A DNA stretch of 64,000 nt from Clostridiales bacterium UBA1234. GTDB taxonomy: Bacteria > Bacillota > Clostridia > TANB77 > UBA1234. Of this stretch, positions 9,993-19,931 are shown piece after piece. A program made the position numbers and the translations under genes. The stretch spans positions 22,874-86,873 of the forward strand of contig DBWQ01000006.1 in assembly GCA_002308995.1 (NCBI GenBank), given 5' to 3'. The notes below the pieces were generated by a model. That model had not been told where the DNA came from. It made no database searches and saw nothing but the letters and a program-made list of their open reading frames with translations. Position 1 is the stretch's first letter. Each line of letters starts with the position of its first letter.

Positions 9993-12131
9993 TTAATTAT
10001 TATTTTTTTGATTACTAAGAATTGCAAATCCGACAAAAATATAAAAATATGGTGATGCATAAAAACTAGAATTCCCTACGAAAGAAGAAATCATATAAGA
10101 AACAATGACAAACATACCTAAACACTCATAGAGATTCCAAGTTTTAATTGTACGTAGCTTTCGAATCCATAAAGATGCAATACCAGCAACATAGAGAAGC
10201 ATTCCCACAACCCCTGTTGTGGCAGATAGCTGAACAATTAAATTATGGCTTCTTCCCTCACCAATTCCAAATTGTTTTCCATATTGATAAATAATATTTT
10301 CTAGTCCCCAGCCAAAGAAAGGTCTTTGCATTGCAAGATGAATACCACGATACCATAGTTTACCTCTACCAGAGCCAATTTCAGAAACATTATCCTCTGA
10401 GCTTTGCTCCGTAGAAACTCCTGCTTTTCTAAGTCCTGCATCGTATGTAGCAATTTTATTTGCTCTCACTCGTACGATGGACAAGCAAATCAGTAAAATA
10501 AGCCATGATGCTATTAAAATTCTGGTGTGAAATACTTGATAACGCTCTTCTCCTATTTTTTGACGAAGCTTATTTTGAGGAATTAGGGCAGCAAAAAATG
10601 CAATACTCCCAATTACCAAATAAATAATCAAATGCTGATAGGAATCTTTCTGTTCAACTACCGAAATATCACTTACTGTATCCGAAGTAGCAACTTTCTC
10701 CTCTAATTTTGTAGAAGTCTCTCCATTTTCTGCCGGTTGCTCTGTAAGATTTTCATTTCCATTTGGTTGATTTCTATTTAAAAATAATGATATATCACTT
10801 GCAATGGTAGCAAAATTGTTCTTAACAATATTTTCGCCTTGATCGTTCACGACAGTCATTGATAAAAGAGCAAATGTACATACTAAAATCAGTGTCACTA
10901 TCAACTCTTTTCCATAGGAATTGTTAGGGATTTCCTCCTCTTTACTATCCTTTTTAGGAATCAGTGCATAAACAATCATCAATAATAAGCTTGCTCCAAT
11001 ACCCAAGTAGCAACCAAATGTATTATTTAAAATTGCCATGGTTAGCATGATACAATAAGAGGCATAATATAAAACTGTCTGCCAGGTCTTTTTAGCCTTT
11101 AAAGCCATAACCGCTGCCACCATCACACAAATAGATAAATAGTAGCCATAGTGATTAGAATTATGAAAAACGGAACTATTGTTTTCACCTAAAACACGTT
11201 TAACAACCACTAAGAAATGATTTCCACGTGGTAAGCCACCATTTCCAAATAAGAGTTCTCCTATGGTATAGACACTTTGCAGTGACTTTCCATCCTCGGT
11301 AGGTTCTCCCCAAGTAATAAGCCTTGCACCCCCAACAGAAGGAGAAGTACTTCCTACATAAGAACGATCATAAGCATATATATTAAGCTTTAAATCACTC
11401 GCAGTTAATACATGATAATTCCACAATGTAAGAACTGCTAAAATAGTAGCGGTTATTAAAAATGTATTGACTAAAACTTTGCGATATTTTTCTTGATTTT
11501 TAATTAAAAGCATAGAGCATACTAGCATAGAGCCATACATTAAGAAGGAAAAGAATCCATCCTTTAGATTATAGCATCCGATAAAAGAACGATACGTATC
11601 ACCTGCAAAACAAGAACTAATAAAAACCCATACCATAAATGTTAATAAGATCAAAAATGGCCATTGTTCCATCAGAAATTTTTTGATTGTCTTCCAAAAG
11701 CCTTTTTCAGAATGTTCCATTAGATTTACTAGATAGAACATCACCAAGATAATACTTGCTGCAAGCAAAATCATGTTGTAATCATAAATAAGCCATGTAG
11801 GATTATCAATGGTCTTTAAAAATGCTCCATTAGATGTATAGTAACGATTAGAATGATAGAAAGGATTTAAAACCGCAGCATCATTTTCATTATTAAGCAT
11901 TGTCCCTGAATTGGCATTAACAAATGCAAGCTCTGTAGAATCCGTTACTGTTTTCTTTACCATAGTTGGTACTAGATTTAAAACAACAAGATAGACCAAA
12001 ATTTCTATTGTTAAAGCAAACAAAATACAAAACGCCCATTTGCTAATTAAATTATCCGTCTTATCTTTTTGAGACACTGATTTCTTACCTTTTTTTGACA
12101 CACAAATTCCTCCTTTAGGTTCTACTCTCAT
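9993..12131 (-). CDS. O-antigen ligase/polymerase family (Wzy_C) polytopic membrane protein
   Basis: More than 10 TM segments and a large loop. The C-terminal GRSHNLIVQLSATTGVVG resembles the O-antigen ligase HN..L....G motif. Confidence 0.7.
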   Translation of the reverse strand: MRVEPKGGICVSKKGKKSVSQKDKTDNLISKWAFCILFALTIEILVYLVVLNLVPTMVKKTVTDSTELAFVNANSGTMLNNENDAAVLNPFYHSNRYYTSNGAFLKTIDNPTWLIYDYNMILLAASIILVMFYLVNLMEHSEKGFWKTIKKFLMEQWPFLILLTFMVWVFISSCFAGDTYRSFIGCYNLKDGFFSFLMYGSMLVCSMLLIKNQEKYRKVLVNTFLITATILAVLTLWNYHVLTASDLKLNIYAYDRSYVGSTSPSVGGARLITWGEPTEDGKSLQSVYTIGELLFGNGGLPRGNHFLVVVKRVLGENNSSVFHNSNHYGYYLSICVMVAAVMALKAKKTWQTVLYYASYCIMLTMAILNNTFGCYLGIGASLLLMIVYALIPKKDSKEEEIPNNSYGKELIVTLILVCTFALLSMTVVNDQGENIVKNNFATIASDISLFLNRNQPNGNENLTEQPAENGETSTKLEEKVATSDTVSDISVVEQKDSYQHLIIYLVIGSIAFFAALIPQNKLRQKIGEERYQVFHTRILIASWLILLICLSIVRVRANKIATYDAGLRKAGVSTEQSSEDNVSEIGSGRGKLWYRGIHLAMQRPFFGWGLENIIYQYGKQFGIGEGRSHNLIVQLSATTGVVGMLLYVAGIASLWIRKLRTIKTWNLYECLGMFVIVSYMISSFVGNSSFYASPYFYIFVGFAILSNQKNNN

Positions 12132-12170
12132 ATCCTATTTATTGTATCATACAATCCATAAAAAACATAG

Positions 12171-12212
12171 AAAAAAATAAAAAAAACTCATTTATTCTAG
12201 GAATAAATGAGT
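12171..12212 (-). terminator. rho-independent terminator after xerD
   Basis: 12-bp stem ACTCATTTATTC/GAATAAATGAGT (12186-12212) followed on the minus strand by a long U-run (the A-run at 12171-12186 on plus). Confidence 0.75.
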
Positions 12213-12230
12213 AAAAAGCAAAATCATTTT

Positions 12231-13115
12231 TTATGCACGTGGATGTGTTTTCATATACACATCTTTGATTCTATTTTGACCAATTTGAGCATATACTTGT
12301 GTAGAAGAAATATCTGAGTGACCAAGCATCTCTTGAATGGCACGAAGTTCTGCACCATTTTCTAATAGATGTACTGCGAAAGAATGTCTAAGTGTATGTG
12401 GCGTAATATCTACATCAATATTGGCTTGTGTCTTATATTGTTTGATAATTTTCCAAAAGCCTTGTCTTGTAAGTCTTTGACCATTTACATTGACAAACAA
12501 TGCATGATCGTTTTCATCTTTAATTAAGATGTTTCTAGATTTTTCCATATATTCCTTTAAAGCGTTGATAGCAAGTGAGCCAATAGGAATCACTCTTTCT
12601 TTGGATTTACCAAGGCACTTGATGTAACCTTCTTCTAAATTAATATCATCGATGTTTAAAGAAATAAGCTCTGTAACTCTAATACCGGTAGCATAAACAA
12701 GCTCTAACATTGCTTTATCACGATATCCTTTTAAATCTACGCACTTTGGTTGTTCAAGCAAAAGTTCAATTTGCTCCGATGTTAATATCTTTGGTGGTTT
12801 TCTTTCAATTTTTGGTGATTCAATATTCACAGTTGGATCATCTGTGATGACTTTGGTTCTATGTAAATATTGATAAAACGAACGAAGAGAAGCTAAATTT
12901 CTAGAAACCGTAGATACTGCCTTTCCTTTCGTTTTTAAACTCTCCAAATACTCTTTTATTTCATCACTATCTGTTTTAACCATATCCATATGGTTTTCTT
13001 CCAAATAGTTGCAATATAGCTTAATATCCCTATTATACGACTGTAAAGTATTATCTGACAACTTTTTGTCATTTTGTAAAAATTCTAAAAAACTCTCAAC
13101 TAGATTATTTTCCAT
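12231..13115 (-). CDS. xerD: site-specific tyrosine recombinase XerD
   Basis: Core-binding and catalytic domains with RHSFAVHLLENGAELRAIQEMLGHSDISSTQVY. ATG at 13115 follows a GAAGGAG RBS; the track ORF starts 21 nt upstream at GTG. It is adjacent to spoIIM as in Bacillus. Confidence 0.8.
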   Translation of the reverse strand: MENNLVESFLEFLQNDKKLSDNTLQSYNRDIKLYCNYLEENHMDMVKTDSDEIKEYLESLKTKGKAVSTVSRNLASLRSFYQYLHRTKVITDDPTVNIESPKIERKPPKILTSEQIELLLEQPKCVDLKGYRDKAMLELVYATGIRVTELISLNIDDINLEEGYIKCLGKSKERVIPIGSLAINALKEYMEKSRNILIKDENDHALFVNVNGQRLTRQGFWKIIKQYKTQANIDVDITPHTLRHSFAVHLLENGAELRAIQEMLGHSDISSTQVYAQIGQNRIKDVYMKTHPRA

Positions 13116-13314
13116 CTTACATACTCCTTCTATCACAGTATTTTACATAGTTTCGTAATTTTTGGGGCTTTATGCTACCTTTCATCATTCGTATATTATG
13201 TTATTTTCTAACACACTTATTCTATACAACTTTCTTCAAGAATGCAAGAGTTTTTTTTGATTTATGTAAAATTTATTTCATGATGATTTTTTTACCATTT
13301 TTTCCAAAACAGAT

Positions 13315-13905
13315 TTAAAAATGTATGAATTTTCCAAGCAGAAAAACCAGCATTTGATTAAGTTTTCCAATAAATACCATGCATAGCATAGCCACTAGGG
13401 TGTTTTTCGAAAAAGAAAGCATTTGATGACGATACTTTCTAGGTTGTTTCAGCACCGCTTTTACCATTTGAATAGCTTCTTTTCCTAGCCAAAACAAACA
13501 AAGAAAAATGCAAAGCATCCAACCGCATAGATGAGAAAATACCAAAAAATAGCAAGCTTTGCTATTCGTATAGCCAATTGCCCATGAAGCTATCATCCCT
13601 AGGCAGTAACCTTCGTAAAAAAATAGTATATAAAAATAGATGACACCAATCATAGAAAGAGTCATTAGCCAGCATAGGAGCACTGTCCTACCTAAATTTT
13701 TCATGTTAAGTGTAGAAAGACCTTTACTTTCTATCCATACATAAGCTTTTGATTCTACCAATTGATTCGGTATAGTCTGTGAAATTCTTCGCTGAAAATC
13801 AATAGTTCCCCCTATCACACCTACTAAATAAATTAAGGCAAATCCTAAATAGCATGTACGCAAATGATCCATCGTATGTTTTTCTTTTCTCATGATTTCC
13901 TCCAT
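13315..13905 (-). CDS. spoIIM: stage II sporulation protein M-like membrane protein
   Basis: 196-aa protein with 5 TM segments. Topology and size fit SpoIIM, and it neighbours xerD as in B. subtilis. The call rests on context and general similarity only. Confidence 0.5.
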   Translation of the reverse strand: MEEIMRKEKHTMDHLRTCYLGFALIYLVGVIGGTIDFQRRISQTIPNQLVESKAYVWIESKGLSTLNMKNLGRTVLLCWLMTLSMIGVIYFYILFFYEGYCLGMIASWAIGYTNSKACYFLVFSHLCGWMLCIFLCLFWLGKEAIQMVKAVLKQPRKYRHQMLSFSKNTLVAMLCMVFIGKLNQMLVFLLGKFIHF

Positions 13906-13952
13906 CGTATTTTTTATTCATACATATGCGGAAATCCAAAATCTATGCTATT

Positions 13953-14393
13953 TTACGTGGAAAGCTTTTTAATCGCACTGGTAGCTAACTCATCACAGCG
14001 ATTATTATAGACATTATCACTATGTCCTTTTACCTTAATCCATTTGACGGTATGAATTTTTGTAAATTCATATAATTGCATCCATAATTCTTTGTTTTTC
14101 ACTTCTTTTTTATCAGCTGTTTTCCAACCATTTTTTACCCATGTATCAATCCATTTTTGTAAAAAAGCATTTACCACATAGGCACTGTCACTATATAGCT
14201 TAACATAGCATGGCCTTTTTAACAGTTTTAGTGCTTCTATCGGTGCCGTAAGTTCCATTTGATTATTCGTCGTTTCGTCCATGGCACCACTAATTTCTTT
14301 TTTCTTGTCACCATAAATTAAAATGGCGCCCCAGCCTCCCTTTCCAGGGTTTCCTGAGCATGCACCATCCGTATAGATTGTCACTTCATCCAT
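13953..14393 (-). CDS. rnhA: ribonuclease HI
   Basis: [26 protein letters not shown] and [15 protein letters not shown] motifs. Confidence 0.92.
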   Translation of the reverse strand: MDEVTIYTDGACSGNPGKGGWGAILIYGDKKKEISGAMDETTNNQMELTAPIEALKLLKRPCYVKLYSDSAYVVNAFLQKWIDTWVKNGWKTADKKEVKNKELWMQLYEFTKIHTVKWIKVKGHSDNVYNNRCDELATSAIKKLST

Positions 14394-14406
14394 TGTGATT
14401 CCTCCG

Positions 14407-15646
14407 TTAAACGATAACCATTGGCTTTGTATAATCTAAATTAGCATCTCTAAAATGAGGGATTTGATAGCCAAGTGTATAAAGATTGCTTGCTAAAACA
14501 TCTTTTTCTATCATTTTTTTACCGGTTTCATTGGCGTTTTTTAAATACTTGCTTACCGATGTCACTACGGGTACATTTGCATGATTATAAATATGTGATA
14601 ACAGTTTTTCTCCCGTCTTTGTAAACCCTAAAACACGAATGTATTGAGGATTGTATTTATAATGATTTACCTCTATTTTCGTGATTCCTAAAAGTGCATG
14701 AAGAAGAATTCTTTGAATTCTTGTACGAGTATATCGCTTACTTTTCAAAGTGTCAATCAACTTTTCTAATTCAGATGCCTCATAAGAATACTTTTTTAAA
14801 ATGTTTTCTAATCCTTCCGTCACATCCGCCAAATCAAGTAATTCCTTTGCGGTAGATTTGCGAAGCACATAAAATATCTCTTTTTCAAAATTCCCGTAAA
14901 TCCATTGGATGTCTGCCACTTAAAATCTGCTTATTTAAAATTTCAAAAGATTTTTGTGGCATCACTTCTGGCAATATCTCATAATTTTCTTCTTGAATCA
15001 TCTTGCGAATAGCAGTACTACTGCACATACCATCCACCACATTCACAGAATTGTAGTCCTCACCTTTCCTTAGGATAATCTGTGGTTGGATTAAGCTATT
15101 ATTATACATCAATGCCTTTAAATACTCTACCGCTAGAATATTGTTAGCATCAAGTAATATTTCTGTAATGTATTTAGAATCAAACTCCTTTTTCGTAAAA
15201 ACCTTTAAAGCTGTACTTCTAGCAGCAGGGTAAGAAAAACCTTTTTTCAGTTCCGCTTTTAAGAGATCTTTGTATTCTTCAGGTTCTAAATATAAAATAT
15301 TGGCAATCCTTTTCAGCGTATCAAGGTCTTCTGTTTTAGCACCAAAAGAAAGAACATCAACAACCCCCATACTATCTAGTAACCCAATTCCTCCCTGGGC
15401 AAAAAATTCTGCACTTGCCGTTGCATAATAGGTTGGCAATTCCACTACCAAGTCTACCCCATTTTTAAGTGCCATTTCTGCTCGAGTCCATTTATCAAAT
15501 AGCGCAGGAACACCTCGTTGCACAAAATTGCCACTCATTACACAAACAACGGCATCTGCTCCTGTTTTCTTTTTACTTTCTTCAATATGGTAGGCATGTC
15601 CATTATGAAAGGGATTATATTCTGCAATCACTCCACATACTTTCAT
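14407..15646 (-). CDS. tmcAL: tRNA(Met) cytidine acetate ligase (YlbM/UPF0348), needs a +1 shift at CGG 14894-14896
   Basis: The N-terminal ORF has [17 protein letters not shown] and MSGNFVQRG. The overlapping ORF 14407-14919 continues the family. The joined length is about 412 aa. Confidence 0.85.
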
Positions 15647-15648
15647 AC

Positions 15649-16623
15649 TTACTCCTCTTTATCATGATAATCATCACCATCTAGATGATCCTCATCATGC
15701 ATTCTATTTTCCCCAATATTTTCTTCTTCTGTATCTTGATTTTCATCAAATTCTTGATCCATATCAAAAGGACGTTGCCTCATGGTATTCTTTTTGCTAA
15801 GCATCATAATAAATGCATCTAATCGAATCGCCCTAATAGCATAGACGATATACACATAGGTTAAAAGTACGATTGCATAATATACATACGACTTTCCTGA
15901 ACCTACAATACAAGTGCCTACCACATCCACAATGAGTGGCAACGTGTATGCATAGATAGCAATCTTCATATAGTTTCTAAAATCGATAATAATTCCTCTA
16001 AAAGAGCACATCACTGCCACAACCAATGTCACAAATAACAGCTTGGATAATACTGTTAGAAAATACGAAACAAACGATGCTATATATACCACAACAAACA
16101 TCGTAAGCTTTGTTTTTAAGTCATAACGCAATTGATATACAATGTCTTTCAGCTGATTTTTGTCTAATGAAAAAGGATAGTTCATAAAATCAATTTCATA
16201 GACTAACTCTCGATTGGCTTCGATAGCAAAACGATCTTGATTCAAAAAAGCTACGACGTCATAAGCAATAAGTTCTTCATATTGTGGAGTTTTTTGAAAT
16301 TCTTGGTATGTATAATCTGTATCACCTACCACAAATAAATTAGCATTGATTTTGCGATAAACACTATCGTGCATATGTAATTGATGATTCTCATATTCAA
16401 ACTCAGGAATTAAAGTATCATACTCATCTGATACGTATGAAATAAGTTTTTGGAAAGAGAGATAGGTATGACAAGCTAAAACACCTGCAAGTAAAAAAAC
16501 AAGCGTTATCAAATACCCAAATGCTTTTCTAAATTGCTCATGCTTTACAATAAAAGGGTACGTTCTAAAATCAGTTACTACAAGGTACATCTTTCTAAAA
16601 AAGCCAAGTTTTTGTTTTTTCAC
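15649..16623 (-). CDS. polytopic membrane protein, possibly DUF1189 family, with acidic C-terminal tail
   Basis: Pattern of an N-terminal TM, an extracytoplasmic domain and C-terminal TM helices. The tail is rich in D, E and H. The family assignment comes from memory of the architecture only. Confidence 0.35.
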   Translation of the reverse strand: MKKQKLGFFRKMYLVVTDFRTYPFIVKHEQFRKAFGYLITLVFLLAGVLACHTYLSFQKLISYVSDEYDTLIPEFEYENHQLHMHDSVYRKINANLFVVGDTDYTYQEFQKTPQYEELIAYDVVAFLNQDRFAIEANRELVYEIDFMNYPFSLDKNQLKDIVYQLRYDLKTKLTMFVVVYIASFVSYFLTVLSKLLFVTLVVAVMCSFRGIIIDFRNYMKIAIYAYTLPLIVDVVGTCIVGSGKSYVYYAIVLLTYVYIVYAIRAIRLDAFIMMLSKKNTMRQRPFDMDQEFDENQDTEEENIGENRMHDEDHLDGDDYHDKEE

Positions 16624-16644
16624 AAGTCATATCTCCATTCTTCA

Positions 16645-17331
16645 TTATAGTATTACCATTTCTTTAGAAGGAGCCGAAAACATCTGAAGGCCAGAAGAAG
16701 TAAGCACTCCCACATCTTCTATTCTAACACCAAATTCATTTTCGAGATAAATACCAGGTTCAATCGAAAAAACCATTCCCTCTTGTAAAACATCTTCTCG
16801 TTTTGGAGAAAGAAGTGGCTCTTCATGTACTTTCATCCCAACGCCATGCCCAAGAGCATGAGCATAATCATATCCTCGATCTATGATTTGCTTTCTTCCT
16901 AAAGAATCTGCTTCATTTGCTTTCATTCCCGCCTTAATCTTGTTAATAGCATTTAAGTATGTTTGATAAACCAGTTCATAAATCTCCTTTTGTTTTTCGG
17001 TCGGCTTGCCTACAAAAATGGTTCGAGACATATCTGAACAGTATTCATCCACGATACATCCCATATCAAACAAGATAATATCTTGCTCACAAATGACTTT
17101 ATCAGTAGGAGTAGAGTGAATTTGGCAGGAGTTAACGCCGCTTCCCACAATAGTATCAAAAGAAAGCCTACTTGCCCCATGACTCATAAAAAAGTCAGAC
17201 ACCATCTGTGAAATTTCACGTTCTGTCATTCCCACTTTTACTTTACTACAAATGTAGTCAAAACAATCTTCTCCTAAAGTAGCTGCCTTTTTAAGATGTT
17301 CAATTTCTTCTTTTGTTTTAATGATTCCCAT
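16645..17331 (-). CDS. M24 family metallopeptidase (pita-bread catalytic domain only)
   Basis: Metal ligands are present in order: FDMGC..YCSDMSRT, GHGVGMKVHE, SIEPG, RIED. It lacks the N-terminal creatinase-like domain. Confidence 0.8.
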   Translation of the reverse strand: MGIIKTKEEIEHLKKAATLGEDCFDYICSKVKVGMTEREISQMVSDFFMSHGASRLSFDTIVGSGVNSCQIHSTPTDKVICEQDIILFDMGCIVDEYCSDMSRTIFVGKPTEKQKEIYELVYQTYLNAINKIKAGMKANEADSLGRKQIIDRGYDYAHALGHGVGMKVHEEPLLSPKREDVLQEGMVFSIEPGIYLENEFGVRIEDVGVLTSSGLQMFSAPSKEMVIL

Positions 17332-17347
17332 AAACGCTCTCCTATTC

Positions 17348-18043
17348 TTACCCTATGAAAAGTTTTTCTACCCAGTTTAGCATCGTTGTATAAGGAACAA
17401 ACATGGTAATGAAGGTGGCAAGTACAATAAAAGGTCCAAATGGAATATAATCATCAATTTTCTTTTTCTTGGTGATTAGTAGCAAGATACTCACGAAAGC
17501 ACCAATGGCAAATGATAAAATAAACACTTGAAAGACGTTCCTAGCTCCTAAAAAAAGGCCAAGTACCCCCATAAGCTTAACATCACCTAATCCCATTCCC
17601 TCTTTTTTGTATACAACAAAGGCAAACAAGGCAATTAAAATGAAAATTCCGCCACCAACTAAAAAACCAAGTACAAGATCCACACCGACTTTCACGTCTG
17701 TCACAAGCTTATAATACATATAGATAATGCCCACGATAAAGCCTACCATATTAAGACCATTTGGAATAATCTGAGCTTTTAAATCCGTAAACATGTCCAT
17801 AATGAGAATCATACTAACAAAAGCATATATCAAAAACTTTTCTGATAAACCAAAAAAGAAAAATAACGCAATTAAGACAATTGGTGTAACAAGCGCTAAT
17901 TTCCATTGATACGTACAATCTTGAAAGAAAGACCTATCCAAAACCTTTTCTTCCTTACTAAATCTTTTAATACAAGCTGCCATTAAAAACGAGATGCCAA
18001 ATCCAAACATAGCAATTACTAAATTTAATACAATCGTTCCCAT
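17348..18043 (-). CDS. A24 family prepilin peptidase
   Basis: Polytopic membrane protein with the GLGDVKLMG aspartyl motif. Confidence 0.8.
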   Translation of the reverse strand: MGTIVLNLVIAMFGFGISFLMAACIKRFSKEEKVLDRSFFQDCTYQWKLALVTPIVLIALFFFFGLSEKFLIYAFVSMILIMDMFTDLKAQIIPNGLNMVGFIVGIIYMYYKLVTDVKVGVDLVLGFLVGGGIFILIALFAFVVYKKEGMGLGDVKLMGVLGLFLGARNVFQVFILSFAIGAFVSILLLITKKKKIDDYIPFGPFIVLATFITMFVPYTTMLNWVEKLFIG

Positions 18044-18284
18044 TTACCTTTCTTCCTTCCTAAGTTCAAACCCCAAGGGCAAAACATGATTCCTAACCAA
18101 AGTATCAAATGTTACTTTTTTCAATCGTTTTTGCTTTGATATCATTGAACCATTTTATTCTATACAAATATACCAATTTATTCATAAAAAGTCAATTTCC
18201 TCTTTCATATTTTTTCATTGTATGTTATAATAAAGGTGTGGAAATACTAACATCAAGAATAATGAAAGATACGGAGGGATAAAT

Positions 18285-18542
18285 ATGGAGATTAAAAAAT
18301 GTATCAACTGTGGGAGCTTTATTACAACCAACGCTTCACTTTGTACATCATGTGCCAATAAGATTACTTATGAAAATACGGTTTTAAAGAATTACTTTGA
18401 TGAAAACACAAGTTTTGATTCCATTTCATCAATTTCAGTTGCGACAGGAGTATCACCAAAATCCATTCAAAGCTTTATGATTGAAAACAATTATATGGAT
18501 GAGACCACTATTCCACAAGGGTTTAGTACCATTCAGTATTAA
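18285..18542 (+). CDS. small zinc-ribbon protein (CxxC...CxxC) with helical C-terminal half
   Basis: CINCGSF...CTSCANK near the N-terminus. GGAGGG RBS 7 nt upstream and a strong terminator downstream. Confidence 0.6.
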   Translation: MEIKKCINCGSFITTNASLCTSCANKITYENTVLKNYFDENTSFDSISSISVATGVSPKSIQSFMIENNYMDETTIPQGFSTIQY

Positions 18543-18552
18543 TACGTGCATA

Positions 18553-18590
18553 AAAAGAGTAGCCAAAACGGCTACTCTTTTTTATTTTGA
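18553..18590 (+). terminator. rho-independent terminator (convergent gene pair)
   Basis: 12-bp stem AAAAGAGTAGCC/GGCTACTCTTTT with a 5-nt loop, followed by TTTATTTT. The stop codon of the minus-strand gene 18572-18970 lies inside the right arm. Confidence 0.8.
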
Positions 18591-18970
18591 AAAAAATTTA
18601 CCCCCACAATTCCACCAATAGCGCCCATGAGTAGCATGAGTAGCCCAAAAATTAGAAATTTTACGTTAAAAGCCTCCCCTTGATGGAGGTAGCTCATAAA
18701 CATGATGGGAATCAAGTATAAAATAGCCACCAAAACGCCATTTTTGAGTCCCTGTTTTCTCATTTGGCTCGTAACACTTGTACTCGCTGCTAAAACGCTC
18801 AGCATTTGAATCACCATAGTACAGAGGGGCATCCCCTCCTCAGGAACACTCGTATAGGTAAGTAAAGCCGCATATCCAGCCAGTAAAATCGTGGCAAGCA
18901 AATACCCCATAAGAAGCCCTTTTCCATATCTTATTGCATTTTTGACAATTTCCATAGAAGCACCTCCCAT
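18572..18970 (-). CDS. small integral membrane protein (4 predicted TM)
   Basis: 132 aa, hydrophobic throughout, with no catalytic motifs recognised. Confidence 0.5.
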   Translation of the reverse strand: MGGASMEIVKNAIRYGKGLLMGYLLATILLAGYAALLTYTSVPEEGMPLCTMVIQMLSVLAASTSVTSQMRKQGLKNGVLVAILYLIPIMFMSYLHQGEAFNVKFLIFGLLMLLMGAIGGIVGVNFFQNKKE

Positions 18971-19037
18971 AAAATATATCCCATAAGGCTTCTTTTTATG
19001 ATAAATAGGAATTCTTACCTCAAAAACAAAAATAGTC

Positions 19038-19923
19038 CTAAAAAGGACTATTTCTTAATACATACTGTTCTAAAACCACTGCAACTCCATCTTCATTATT
19101 AGACGGGGCAATGACTCTTGCCACACTTTTAGCCACCGAAGCACCATTATTCATCGCAATCCCCAGTCCAGCATTTTGAATCATTTCAACATCATTAAAA
19201 TTATCCCCAATGGCAACTACATCTTCTTTCGCAATGCTAAGCTTACTGGTCAATTTTTCTATCGCGGTCCACTTATTGATTCCTTTAGGAAGAATCTCTG
19301 CATAGCTATAGGAAAAGACCATTTTTTGCCCATTTTCGTGAATAATGCGATTAGATACATAAGGAGAAGACATGATAGAAACCTCCTCAAATGTACTAAT
19401 TTTACGAATAATCGCATTGTACACGCTTCTATCTTCATCACATATCACAATTCGTCTAATTGGCTTATCGATAGATTTGATATACGATAAACTGGCATAT
19501 TTAAAATAGGTAATCCCATTTGCCTCATCATTGATATTATGCCTTTTTTTGTAGAAAACCAGGGCTAAGTGCTTTAGATTTTTGACAATGATTTCACTAT
19601 CTGTAAAAACCATGTAGTAAATATTGTTTTGCTCGCACATATCGATAAAATTGATAACGATTTCTTTCGGTATTTCTCGTGACCAAACCGTTTCTTCTTT
19701 GGTGATATCATAAATCGATGCTCCATTGTCACAAATCATATAACCCTCTGCGTGTACTTGACTCGCAATCATTTTAACCGAATTGGTTACTCTACCGGAA
19801 GTCAAAACAACCTTAATCCCGTTTTTCAGTCACTTGGTTTAAAGTTTGCGTTGTACGAGGCGTTAATTCTCCATTTGAATTTAATAACGTTCCATCAATA
19901 TCAATTGCAATTAGTTTATACAT
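19038..19923 (-). CDS. Cof-type HAD-IIB phosphatase, needs a +1 shift at CGG 19819-19821
   Basis: The short upstream ORF (below the track cutoff) reads MYKLIAIDIDGTLLNSNGELTPRTTQTLNQVTEK, which contains HAD motif I. The +1 frame continues GIKVVLTSGRVTNS. GDNFNDVEM (motif IV) lies near the C-terminus. Confidence 0.85.
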
Positions 19924-19931
19924 ATTATCTC

